Origin: Promethearchaeota archaeon
GTDB lineage: Archaea; Asgardarchaeota; Lokiarchaeia; Sigyniarchaeales; SOKP01
Length of the DNA stretch: 64,000 nt
Direction of reading: 5' to 3'
Assembly (NCBI GenBank): GCA_048940925.1
Contig: JBHLOC010000008.1
Coordinates: 1 to 64,000 of the forward strand
Under the pieces are notes generated by a model. That model worked only from the letters and a program-made list of their open reading frames with translations. It made no database searches and was not told the DNA's origin. Both the position numbers and the translations under genes were made by a program. Positions 19,778 through 29,305 of the stretch are shown here, in pieces (the first letter of the stretch is position 1; every line of letters starts with the position of its first letter).

Positions 19778-21718
19778 TCAGATCTTTAACTTGCTTCTCC
19801 AGAATTTTATTTTATTTTTCAATTCTTCTTTCTCAGAAGTACCTAACAAACTAGGATTCCTTTGGAGAGGCGCAATACTCATTCGTATTTGTCTTAAAAC
19901 TGCACTAAATCCTTTTTGTTCAAGAATATCATCTTGGAGTTTTTGTAAGCTAGAAGCTATATCAATTCCAGTCATGTTTGCAAGATTATTTAGTAGATTA
20001 TCAAACTGGACAGAAAGACTAACATCAGCAGGAATTGAAGGCGTTTTAGGCATAAACGGTTTAGGTTCTACAATTGGTGATTCAATTGTCTTAGGAGGTT
20101 TTTCGGGTATAATTGGGGATTCTTGTATAGGTTTAGAGAGAAGAGGTTTAGTTTCTTTGGGTATTTCAACTGGGATATTTGATATTACTTCTGATTTAGG
20201 TAATACAGGTTCAGTAGTTCTTTTTATTCCCTGAAGGAGCTCAAATTGATCAATTTTTACGCTTTGTATCCAGACATCTTCTAAAACTGCTGCAAATAAT
20301 TTCACATGTTCTTCCAACACAGATCCCATTCCAGCTATTTGAATCTCGCCTTTTTCTGTTTCAGATACGACACACACTACGACTTCTTCGAAATCTTTAT
20401 TTATAGACCACAAATTTTCTCTGGTATAATGTCTTATCACAATATTTGAGAAATCTTTGATTTGATTGAATCTCATCTGATCATCAGGATTTGTTAGGTC
20501 AAAATTTGTGGAAATTCTGATATTAATATGCGTTTTAAGTTTAGAAAGTGCTACAAGATCAACATCTTTTAATTGAGGAGCGACAATATGAACCCGCATT
20601 TTTACTCTTGTTAGGGATTCATTAATTTGTGCTTTAATACCCTCAACACTTCTTACAAACCATACATCTTTAAAGCTTAACATTGATGCTTGTTTTGAAC
20701 GTTCCCAGAATTCATTCATGGTTAATTCTGCACCATCTAATTGAGTAATTATGTTATTTATAATATCATTTTGAATAGATTCAAAAATCTCTTTCCGAAA
20801 CATATCCTTTAATTCTTCGATACCTCCAATGATTTCATCATAAAATCCTGAGACTCTCGCTTCCAAATCTTCTAATGTGTTTTTTAATCCCCCTTCTATA
20901 TCAATAAATACTGAACCAAGATCCACACTAATCTCACCAGCAGTGCTAGTAAGAGTTCCTAGTTGTTCCATAACTCTATCAAGCATATTTTGTGTAGTTT
21001 GCGCAAATCTATTACCAAAGTATTTTGTTATTTCTTGAAATTGCTCAGAAATTACTTTCGACACTATTTTTTCAGCCATATTTTTCAATGCGCCAACTCG
21101 AAACTGTTTTTCAAATCTACTTGATATTTCAGTCTTCATTGCATCTAAACGACTTTCCATAGCCCCAAATTCTTTGGTTACCTCGGAGGGAACAATTTCT
21201 TTTAAATTAGCTATAAACCTTCTTACATCTTGGAATCTATTTACTTGCTCAATAGCGCTATCAAATTTATCAAATTGAGTTTTAATCTGTGCTGGTAATT
21301 TTGTTTTCATAACTTGTATATATGTTCTGTAATCGTCTAATTTCTTAAGTTTTGCTGAATGTTGACCTAATGAATCAAACCGTTTTTGTAAATCCTGAGG
21401 AGCAGCTTTTTGAAATGTCTTGATGGTTTCCTTAAACTGATGAATCTGCCCTAAAAGTGCAGCATAAGGGGGTAATGCTTCATATACAGGAGTTTTACCA
21501 GGAATCTGTTTCAGAAGACCTTTTTGAAATAAGTTATCAGCGATTTGAGTTGCTCTTTCTTCAGAAACATTGGCAATAAGAGAAATCTCCCCAACCATTA
21601 CAGGACCTCTTCCTGTAATCTTAAAATAAGTATTTACTTCATCATGCGCTAATCCAATAAGTTCTAAGACTTGTTTTGTTGATGAATCTTCATCAAATGA
21701 CAAATTGAAATCAACCAC
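19778..21718 (-). CDS. TrmB-like HTH, long helical region, PLD-like domain and Pro-rich linker protein
   Basis: LELIGL..DEVNTY..LFQKGLL..YEALPPY N-terminus; RVHIVAP core; Pro/Glu/Lys-rich linker; start abuts the upstream stop codon. Confidence 0.65.
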   Translation of the reverse strand: MVDFNLSFDEDSSTKQVLELIGLAHDEVNTYFKITGRGPVMVGEISLIANVSEERATQIADNLFQKGLLKQIPGKTPVYEALPPYAALLGQIHQFKETIKTFQKAAPQDLQKRFDSLGQHSAKLKKLDDYRTYIQVMKTKLPAQIKTQFDKFDSAIEQVNRFQDVRRFIANLKEIVPSEVTKEFGAMESRLDAMKTEISSRFEKQFRVGALKNMAEKIVSKVISEQFQEITKYFGNRFAQTTQNMLDRVMEQLGTLTSTAGEISVDLGSVFIDIEGGLKNTLEDLEARVSGFYDEIIGGIEELKDMFRKEIFESIQNDIINNIITQLDGAELTMNEFWERSKQASMLSFKDVWFVRSVEGIKAQINESLTRVKMRVHIVAPQLKDVDLVALSKLKTHINIRISTNFDLTNPDDQMRFNQIKDFSNIVIRHYTRENLWSINKDFEEVVVCVVSETEKGEIQIAGMGSVLEEHVKLFAAVLEDVWIQSVKIDQFELLQGIKRTTEPVLPKSEVISNIPVEIPKETKPLLSKPIQESPIIPEKPPKTIESPIVEPKPFMPKTPSIPADVSLSVQFDNLLNNLANMTGIDIASSLQKLQDDILEQKGFSAVLRQIRMSIAPLQRNPSLLGTSEKEELKNKIKFWRSKLKI

Positions 21719-22846
21719 CTATTTTTTAAATGCATCTTCAAGAAATTCTAAATGTTTTATAGCCACATTTTTGGCTAATGTTCCTTCCATTCTATACTTT
21801 CGTATTTTTTCTATTAAATATTCTGGATAAAAAGTATGCGGATCAATATCTGATAATAAAAAGATCCAATCACTATCTTTTTCATCCTTTATAAAGGTAA
21901 CAATATTATCATTTTCTAATGACCTTAGAAAACTCCCTACTTCTTCAACGCTTTCTCCTGGACCTTTTGGTATTTTATTCAAGGGATATGCCTTCTCTCT
22001 TAATAGCGTTATAAAATCATATTTGTCTGGATTAATCATGTCTTGAGCAATAATTAAATTGTCTTGTAAATTTGGCTCGTAATCTTTAAAGAATTTTGCT
22101 ATTTTTTCAAGATATTTAGTAGCCAATTCAGGGGTAGGAAGAAGTTTTTTAGCATTTTCAATTAATTTGGTAACAGGCGTTCTCATTAACACAAAATCTG
22201 TTTGGAGGAAAAAAGTAATATCGGTATCTCCTTCAACCCAATCTTGTTTTATTAATCCTGTTTTGATGAAGGGGTCTATAGTTATTTCAATATTAGCTAC
22301 TATTTTGTGTAATTTTTCTTCTAAAATCGCTTGTAGTTCTCTTCTAGATAACGCTCTATCTTGTAAAAGCTCAAGGATTGTTCTACTTTTTTCATTATAA
22401 TAGATTTGGGCAAGTCTTTGTTCCTTAGATAAATCTTTCAATCGTTCCATAAAAAGCAGTGAAGTTTTTAAATAACCTTTCAATTCTCTAATTATTTCAT
22501 ATTGTTGCGATATATTCGTGCCCATTCGGTTTAAATAATCTAATATTGTTCTATTAACTTCTTGTATAACTGCTTCTCCAAACATATCAGGATCTTCTCC
22601 TAATTCTAACATTAGATTTATCATTATCGGTGTCGTAGACTCCATTCCCGTAAAATAGCTTGACACATTAGAATGTGCTTTCTCTAATCTTACCAAAACA
22701 TTGCCTGCTTCGCCAGCACCTGTGACATGGGCATAGAATACACGCATCATGTCATCTAAATCTACACTTAGCTTTTCTGGATGACTTAACTTGACTCTTA
22801 AACCCTCATCCTCTGTCCATTCAATTATTACATAACCTATAGGCAT
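21719..22846 (-). CDS. Longin/uDENN-like N-terminal domain plus winged-helix protein
   Basis: GYVIIEWTEDEGLRVKLSHP...SYFTG motif shared with 32907..33974; wHTH-like segment LSRRELQ...KTGLIKQDW. Confidence 0.55.
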   Translation of the reverse strand: MPIGYVIIEWTEDEGLRVKLSHPEKLSVDLDDMMRVFYAHVTGAGEAGNVLVRLEKAHSNVSSYFTGMESTTPIMINLMLELGEDPDMFGEAVIQEVNRTILDYLNRMGTNISQQYEIIRELKGYLKTSLLFMERLKDLSKEQRLAQIYYNEKSRTILELLQDRALSRRELQAILEEKLHKIVANIEITIDPFIKTGLIKQDWVEGDTDITFFLQTDFVLMRTPVTKLIENAKKLLPTPELATKYLEKIAKFFKDYEPNLQDNLIIAQDMINPDKYDFITLLREKAYPLNKIPKGPGESVEEVGSFLRSLENDNIVTFIKDEKDSDWIFLLSDIDPHTFYPEYLIEKIRKYRMEGTLAKNVAIKHLEFLEDAFKK

Positions 22847-22888
22847 AAATTTTTCACTGTCTTGTTAAATTTAATTATATATTTTTTT

Positions 22889-25800
22889 TTATGATTCTTT
22901 ATATTCACTTATTTTATTTTCCGATAATTTTGGTTCAAATTCAATAATCGCTTTTTGATCTTGAATTGTAGATTTGATAATTTCTTCCCTTTTTCCTATT
23001 GAAATTGGTTTTATTTTCTTTTCTTTCCTAATTTTCTTTCTTAATTTTCGTATCTTCCTCACTTTTGGAGGATATTTGAAATGGGTTTGATATAATGTGA
23101 AAAACATAACAAGACCAATAATTCCACCTACTAATACATATATTAACCAACTTAAATCAGGCCCAGCACTTACCGTAGGACGACTCACAATTAAAGTTAT
23201 TTCTTTACTTTCAAAATCATATTCATCGCCCCCAAAAGCAGTTATCGTTATAGTATATGTGCCTTCTGGGACATTTTCCAAAAAACCTTCATAAGTACCA
23301 TCATTATTAGTATCATTAAGTTCTCCTTGACCATAAGCCCATCTGTATGTAACTATTACATCTTTGATGGCACCTCCGAAATAAGTATCAATCAAAGTTA
23401 CCTTTAATGAGACATCATCTCCGGGTTTAGCAGTTATTTGAGAGGAAATATTGATTAGTGTGCTTATTCGGTTAATAGTAATATATGGATTAATTGTTTG
23501 AATTTTATAATTTGTTGCACGAGCTATAATTGAAAATGAGTTCACCCTAATTCCTAACCCAATAGTGTCTAATTCGATATAATATTGTTTTAGAGCGTCA
23601 TCTCTAGTCAAATTTGTTGATATTCCCTCCCCTATAAGTTCTACTATAGCATTTGGGATATAAGTTCCAGTTAGTTCTGTATATTTTACAGTTATATTTA
23701 ATTTTTCTGTTATAGTAAGGTTAAAAACGGGATTAGACGTCTTATCTTCCCCATTTAAAAATAGTTGTAGCACTGTTGCTTTTTCACCTACTTCAATGAA
23801 AAAGTTAATTGATTGAGGTTTGTAATTTTCCTTCTGTGCAAAAACAGTAACTGCAGTAATTCCCTGATCTAAAACATCTGCTCCTATAATTTTAGTATAT
23901 TGATATCCTGTATCATTTAAAGTAAGACCTAATCCTGTTAAATTAACTGTGGCACCAGCGAGATGGTTATTTGTTAAGTTATCTCTATATTGAACTGTAA
24001 TATTTATAGTTTCACCAAGTTCAACATGAACAGAATCACTATAATTCGTTGGATTTTGATTGACAAATAATTTTAAATAGGTTTCTAATTCAGTTATTTG
24101 GACCCTAATTAAGACAGATTGGGCCTCGTATTGATATTTATCTATTGAAATAAGTAGAGATTGAAGAGTAAGTGAATTATAAGCGGATGTATTACACTCC
24201 AATTCATACTGTCCTATAACGGGTTGAATTAAGTGATAATCGCCCAACCAATCAATCGAAATATTATCTTTAGCATCTATTCCAAATCCTGTATTTTTTT
24301 CAGTATAGTTAAATTTCACTGTAAAATTATCATTCCATGAGCGTGTAAAAAAATCTTTCTCGACTGTAAGAACAGTTTCTTTTACTACTTCAACAGTAAT
24401 ATTTACTTCTTTATTCAAATAATAATCATGTTCAGCATAAATTGTTATAGTATTATTACCGGCACTAGCTTTGCTTGCGTTAAATTCATACAAGTAATAA
24501 CCTGGACCTATTTCACTTAAAGGTTCAGGAGACCCTGTATAATCTGTATATACAGTAGCATTTTCTATAGCTTTATTGTTTATTAAATCATTATAAGAAA
24601 CTTTTATATTTATCACTCTATCATCAAAAACATTTTCAATGAAATCTATACCTTGATCAGGTTCGAGAGTGGAATCATGAATTACTGTAAACTTTTTATA
24701 AATAATTCCAGTTTCATTTAAATCATTGGATGAATACGAATTATTCCACAAAATAATTGCTTGGTATTCTCCTGCCTTATAACTTGGAATATCGGTATCA
24801 GGTATCATAAAAGGATCAAAGTAAACCATCCCATCACCATTAACTTGCTTTATCTGATTTTCTGCTGCCCAAATTGTACCATCTGGAAATCTTATATATA
24901 AGTGCGCCATTGTTTGTCCAACATACCCAGATATATCCAGTTGAGGACTTACAATTTTTCCAGTAATATTAATATATTCTCCGCTTAAGAAAGTATTGTT
25001 AAGTTCCCATGGTCCTGTAATTGTAGGCCCATTATAAATATCTAATTCAGAACAATAATTTGGAGATTCTGCTTCTAACTTCCAAAACATATTTGTATTG
25101 CTTGTGATGGAACTTGCAGGAATATTTATTACTTTTTTGTTTCCATATGTCCTAATAGAAGTTTGGCTGAAGGGAACTGTGAATTGAGAAAAAGATAATT
25201 TAGTTAAATTATAATCCAAAGGATATTCAATGGTTATATTCGTTTCTTCATATCCTGCCGGGATCTCCATATGTGCATAAGTTGTCCAATTAGAGTTGCT
25301 GTTATTAGATGAAATAAATGAAGATCCTTGGTATATCAAGCTGGGATCAGCAGTATAGTATGTTTCAGGAGTCAATCTAGTCGTAAATAAATTTAGATTT
25401 GCATCTAATTCAATTTTATAGCTGATTATATTCCCATCATTATCATAAGTTAGTGGCCAGTTGGCATTACTACTGAAATTCGCTATTACAGATGATTGAA
25501 GGCTTCCATTCCAATTACCTAAAACACCAAGATTGCCTTCACCATAATTTGCATTATCCTTTACATCTTTATCATTTAATTGTAATTCTAGTTGAGAGGG
25601 TTTAGCTTTAGATTTTACGATTAATGATACATTATCGAAGAGTACAGTATAGTAAGCATAATAAGCACTTGGAGCAGTTCCACTAACTCTTTTAAATTCA
25701 AAAGTAACATTTAGATTTTTCACTCCTGCAGGAAAGATTTGGGTATCTTGACTATCTATGTAAATAGGATATGGATTATACCATTGACCATTAGAATTAC

Positions 25801-26590
25801 CAGATGCATCTATCATTGATTGAAGTCCATTACCCCAAATGATTTTATCATTGATAATAATTTGTAGTACCCAGTGATTATTATAACCATCACTATATTT
25901 TGGAAATGCTGCAAAACTTAACCATGCTTCGTCTACATCGCCTCTATCTATTTGAATATTCGTTTCCCACCAACATTTATCCCCAACATCATAAGAACCA
26001 GAGTCATCCTCAACCCTTAATTCTAAGCAATCTTCAAAACCTGATGTAGAGGTTGAACCATCAAAATAATTACCACTTGTGGGATTATTGTGTGGACCAA
26101 TATCTCCATCATAGAATGTCCAATTAGCAATATACTCACTATCATTAGTTCCAGATGGAGAGCCACCAAAATTACCGGCATGAAATGTTCCATTAATCCA
26201 ATTTCGTGTATCATATAAATTTGTTATTGTGGAATTCATTTGATAACCCATCCATTCGTCATATAATTCTACTTTAGCATGAGTATCATCATAAGAATTA
26301 TTAGTAAAACTAACTGCTAAATTAGATTTGGTATAATTAGCATAATGAGTCACGTTCCAGGGAGCTCCGATACCACTATAAGAATTATCATCGTCTAGGT
26401 TTTGGGTTGCTAGATTTGTAAACTCGAAATCATTAACGTTATTTTGATCACTAATATTTTGAGTAAAGTTCATATCAATATTTCTTAAGAAAGAAATTAA
26501 AAAGAGACTGGTAAATAAAAATGATAAAATCAATAACTTCTTTTGACTATGCTTTTTCGACCTTGATAACTTATTTTGTCTTATTGCCAA
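22889..26590 (-). CDS. Large membrane-anchored surface glycoprotein with Ig-like repeats
   Basis: N-terminal signal/TM, many N-x-S/T sequons, beta-rich repeats, C-terminal TM and basic tail; RBS GGGTGTG. Confidence 0.85.
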   Translation of the reverse strand: MAIRQNKLSRSKKHSQKKLLILSFLFTSLFLISFLRNIDMNFTQNISDQNNVNDFEFTNLATQNLDDDNSYSGIGAPWNVTHYANYTKSNLAVSFTNNSYDDTHAKVELYDEWMGYQMNSTITNLYDTRNWINGTFHAGNFGGSPSGTNDSEYIANWTFYDGDIGPHNNPTSGNYFDGSTSTSGFEDCLELRVEDDSGSYDVGDKCWWETNIQIDRGDVDEAWLSFAAFPKYSDGYNNHWVLQIIINDKIIWGNGLQSMIDASGNSNGQWYNPYPIYIDSQDTQIFPAGVKNLNVTFEFKRVSGTAPSAYYAYYTVLFDNVSLIVKSKAKPSQLELQLNDKDVKDNANYGEGNLGVLGNWNGSLQSSVIANFSSNANWPLTYDNDGNIISYKIELDANLNLFTTRLTPETYYTADPSLIYQGSSFISSNNSNSNWTTYAHMEIPAGYEETNITIEYPLDYNLTKLSFSQFTVPFSQTSIRTYGNKKVINIPASSITSNTNMFWKLEAESPNYCSELDIYNGPTITGPWELNNTFLSGEYINITGKIVSPQLDISGYVGQTMAHLYIRFPDGTIWAAENQIKQVNGDGMVYFDPFMIPDTDIPSYKAGEYQAIILWNNSYSSNDLNETGIIYKKFTVIHDSTLEPDQGIDFIENVFDDRVINIKVSYNDLINNKAIENATVYTDYTGSPEPLSEIGPGYYLYEFNASKASAGNNTITIYAEHDYYLNKEVNITVEVVKETVLTVEKDFFTRSWNDNFTVKFNYTEKNTGFGIDAKDNISIDWLGDYHLIQPVIGQYELECNTSAYNSLTLQSLLISIDKYQYEAQSVLIRVQITELETYLKLFVNQNPTNYSDSVHVELGETINITVQYRDNLTNNHLAGATVNLTGLGLTLNDTGYQYTKIIGADVLDQGITAVTVFAQKENYKPQSINFFIEVGEKATVLQLFLNGEDKTSNPVFNLTITEKLNITVKYTELTGTYIPNAIVELIGEGISTNLTRDDALKQYYIELDTIGLGIRVNSFSIIARATNYKIQTINPYITINRISTLINISSQITAKPGDDVSLKVTLIDTYFGGAIKDVIVTYRWAYGQGELNDTNNDGTYEGFLENVPEGTYTITITAFGGDEYDFESKEITLIVSRPTVSAGPDLSWLIYVLVGGIIGLVMFFTLYQTHFKYPPKVRKIRKLRKKIRKEKKIKPISIGKREEIIKSTIQDQKAIIEFEPKLSENKISEYKES

Positions 26591-26863
26591 TTTTACACAC
26601 CCATATTATGTTTATATTGTCTAAAATCTTAAAAATTTTAAAATTGGTTAAAGTAAATAACTTTCCTTTAATTTGAAATAATTTTACTTGATTTATTTCC
26701 AATAATTTTTTACTTAATTTTTTACATGTTATTAGAGAAATTTAGATTAATAATAGCAATCTGATATATAAAAATCTTCTTTTTATATTCGTAATTACAA
26801 CTTATATCTCTAACTTATAAAATTCTGAAATATTTAAGTGATATCTGAAATAAAAATTATTCT

Positions 26864-27667
26864 TTAAAAAACACTCTTAACAAAACCTCCATCAACCTGA
26901 ATTACAGTCCCTGTAATAAAACTAGCTTTATCTGAGGTTAAAAATACAACTAAATTTGCTAATTCTTCAGGTTTTCCTAAACGCCCTAATGGTATAGGAT
27001 CTATCCAAAATTTTTCAACTTCCTCTAAAGATTTCCCTGTATCTTGGACTGTTTTATTTATTAATTCTTTCATCCGATCGGTAAGAGTTGGACCAGGGCA
27101 TACAACATTAACTAAAATATTATATTTTCCATATTCATTCGCTAGTGTTTTAGCAAAACCTACAACTCCCAGACGCGTGGTATTTGATAAGACCAAATTT
27201 TCCAAAGGTTGTTTCACAGAAACCGAAGTTATAGCAATAATTTTTCCAAACTTTTGTTGCTTCATGATCGGAATTACTAAATTTGTTATTTTGATGAAAG
27301 ATAACAGGTTTAAATCTATGGAATTGGACCAATCCTTCTTAGTTATATTTTCTATAGAGTCTGATGGCGGACCTCCTGCGTTATGAACCATAATATCAAT
27401 TTTTCCAAAGTTTCCTATAGTTCTTTCCACAAGGTTATTGATCTGATCGTCGTACTTTAAATCAGTAACTATGGGAAACACGCTATTTTCATTACTAGGA
27501 GATTTTAATTTCTCTATTTTTTCCTTCGCTTCCTTTAGATTTTCTTTAGAACGGCTGCAAATCACTACATTAGCACCTTCTTGATAAAATCCTTTAGCAC
27601 AAGCAAGTCCTAATCCTTTACTGGATGCCAAGACCAAGGCAACTTTATCCTTTAGCCCTAAATTCAT
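26864..27667 (-). CDS. Short-chain dehydrogenase/reductase
   Basis: ASSKGLG, HNAGGP, SNTTR and ITGTVIQVDGG motifs. Confidence 0.9.
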   Translation of the reverse strand: MNLGLKDKVALVLASSKGLGLACAKGFYQEGANVVICSRSKENLKEAKEKIEKLKSPSNENSVFPIVTDLKYDDQINNLVERTIGNFGKIDIMVHNAGGPPSDSIENITKKDWSNSIDLNLLSFIKITNLVIPIMKQQKFGKIIAITSVSVKQPLENLVLSNTTRLGVVGFAKTLANEYGKYNILVNVVCPGPTLTDRMKELINKTVQDTGKSLEEVEKFWIDPIPLGRLGKPEELANLVVFLTSDKASFITGTVIQVDGGFVKSVF

Positions 27668-27694
27668 ATTCCATTACCTTTATTTTTTTTTCAT

Positions 27695-27862
27695 TTAAGA
27701 ATTTTGATTAAAATCTTTATATATTGAGCACTTCTCGTAGAATTGATTACATCTGATACAATTTTCAGCATCATTACAAAAATTTGAATAAAGGTATTTA
27801 ACATCTCTTTTATTTAGCTTTATCATAACTCTATGAAGTCGCTTTTCTATATCATTTTTCAT
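27695..27862 (-). CDS. 55-aa Cys-motif small protein (not in ORF track)
   Basis: MKNDIEKRLHRVMIKLNKRDVKYLYSNFCNDAENCIRCNQFYEKCSIYKDFNQNS*; ends 27 bp before the SDR start. Confidence 0.5.
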   Translation of the reverse strand: MKNDIEKRLHRVMIKLNKRDVKYLYSNFCNDAENCIRCNQFYEKCSIYKDFNQNS

Positions 27863-28080
27863 GTGTCTAAAACTCTATAATATTGATCAAAATTATTAGG
27901 AATTTAATATAAATACTTTAAAAATCTTTTCTTAAATCCAATTTTTCCTATTACTCATATGAAAGATTTTAAAAAGATAATTTTATAAATTCAAATAATT
28001 ATAATAGTTTTAAAGATAGAAGAATATATTATATTATTAAGTATCGAATTACATAAAATTAATAAAAAAGGTGTGTAACA

Positions 28081-28536
28081 ATTAGTATTGATACCAAAAG
28101 CTTCGATAATATCCTCAGCAAGATTATAAAAAGTGAGAGCGGTATCAAAAAAGTAATTTTGGTTGATAGAACAGGTCTCACGATCGCAAGCGTCTCTAAA
28201 TTCTCTTATTTCCCTGCTGATGTTGATGGAATTGGCGCAATTGCCTCTGCTGTGTTTTGTGCTAGTGAAGAGCAAGGAAAGAATCTTGAGCTTGGAAATC
28301 TTGAAATTGTAACTTCCGAATTCTCGGGGGGCAAAATTTTCGCGTCGAGCTGTGGCCTTAAAGGAGTACTTACTTTGATATCTGATCCTGAGATCAATAT
28401 CGGTTTAATTAGACTCATCTTAAAGAGATCTGGAGATGAATTAAAAGAAATTTTGGACGAATTCTTAGCTGAAGTTCCAGAGACCTTAGACAGTGGTTTG
28501 GATCTTTCAGATCTGGACTCACTAACACCTGATTAA
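28081..28536 (+). CDS. Roadblock/LC7 (MglB-like) protein; probable ATT start
   Basis: VDRTGLTIAS, GAIASA and NIGLIRL motifs; frame extends 26 codons to ATT 28081 after AAGGTGTG, supplying the otherwise missing first helix. Confidence 0.85.
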   Translation: MSIDTKSFDNILSKIIKSESGIKKVILVDRTGLTIASVSKFSYFPADVDGIGAIASAVFCASEEQGKNLELGNLEIVTSEFSGGKIFASSCGLKGVLTLISDPEINIGLIRLILKRSGDELKEILDEFLAEVPETLDSGLDLSDLDSLTPD

Positions 28537-28745
28537 TTAAGTATCGAAATTTCTTCTTATCATTAGTATATCTTAGTTAAGTTCTTTAAGATTTTATTTT
28601 ATATATTGAATAAGATTCATTCTTTTCTGTAATATTAATCTTTTATTGAAAGTTCGAATAAAACCTCCACCGAGCTTATTTCACTTATATTTAGAAATAG
28701 AATTGAAAAATAATAAACTAATATTAATTAAAAAAATATATTTAA

Positions 28746-28838
28746 CTATAAATTTTTAAATCCAAAAGCATATTTCTTTGGATTTAAAATAAAATCCACC
28801 AGGAAAGCATCAAATCCCTTTTCATTCTTTTTTTCCAT
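28746..28838 (-). CDS. Micro-peptide family B, copy 1 (30 aa)
   Basis: MEKKNEKGFDAFLVDFILNPKKYAFGFKNL*; RBS-like AGGCGA; 17/30 identical to 31403..31495. Confidence 0.7.
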   Translation of the reverse strand: MEKKNEKGFDAFLVDFILNPKKYAFGFKNL

Positions 28839-28929
28839 TTTTAATTTCGCCTAATAAATTAAATATTTTATATCTTTTTTGGTTTTCTTTAAATTCCTTA
28901 ACACATTTTGCATATAATTCTTTACTCAT
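28822..28929 (-). CDS. Micro-peptide C (35 aa), unique to cassette 1
   Basis: MSKELYAKCVKEFKENQKRYKIFNLLGEIKNGKKE*; GGGGGT upstream; overlaps the start of B1. Confidence 0.45.
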   Translation of the reverse strand: MSKELYAKCVKEFKENQKRYKIFNLLGEIKNGKKE

Positions 28930-28953
28930 AATTATTGACCCCCATTTAATTAT

Positions 28954-29019
28954 TTATACATATTTTTTAATTATATTGTTCCTAACCTTGATAATTCCTT
29001 CCTTAACTTTTTTTCTCAT
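28954..29019 (-). CDS. Micro-peptide family A, copy 1 (21 aa)
   Basis: MRKKVKEGIIKVRNNIIKKYV*; RBS AGAGGT. Confidence 0.6.
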   Translation of the reverse strand: MRKKVKEGIIKVRNNIIKKYV

Positions 29020-29060
29020 TTTTCTAACCTCTTATTTCTTCTTAATTTTAATAATGAAAG

Positions 29061-29122
29061 AATTGCATATATAGTTCCTGATTAAGAACTTTTTATGAAG
29101 TTCGAAGGAAAAAGAAAGCTCT
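29061..29122 (-). promoter_or_regulatory. Conserved promoter/operator, copy 1
   Basis: + strand CATATATAGTTC-N8-GAACTT-N6-AAGTTCGAAGGAAAAAGAAAGCT; TATATATG box on the - strand. Confidence 0.8.
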
Positions 29123-29305
29123 TAAACTCGGTTTCAAGATGCATTCTTGATTGTCGTATTAACTTTTTATTGAAATGTATCAAATTTTTTTGATCTTATC
29201 TTTGATTAAACCGAAATTTCAATAAAAATATTTAAATTTTATGCGAAATAAGAAAATCTTATCTTATCACAAATTTGTAAGATATTCTCAATAAGGTGCG
29301 AATCC

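Noticed and set aside
29086-29104. Operator as a LexA/SOS box (GAAC-N4-GTTC)
   Set aside because: Spacing is GAAC-N10-GTTC, and no LexA or repair genes are adjacent
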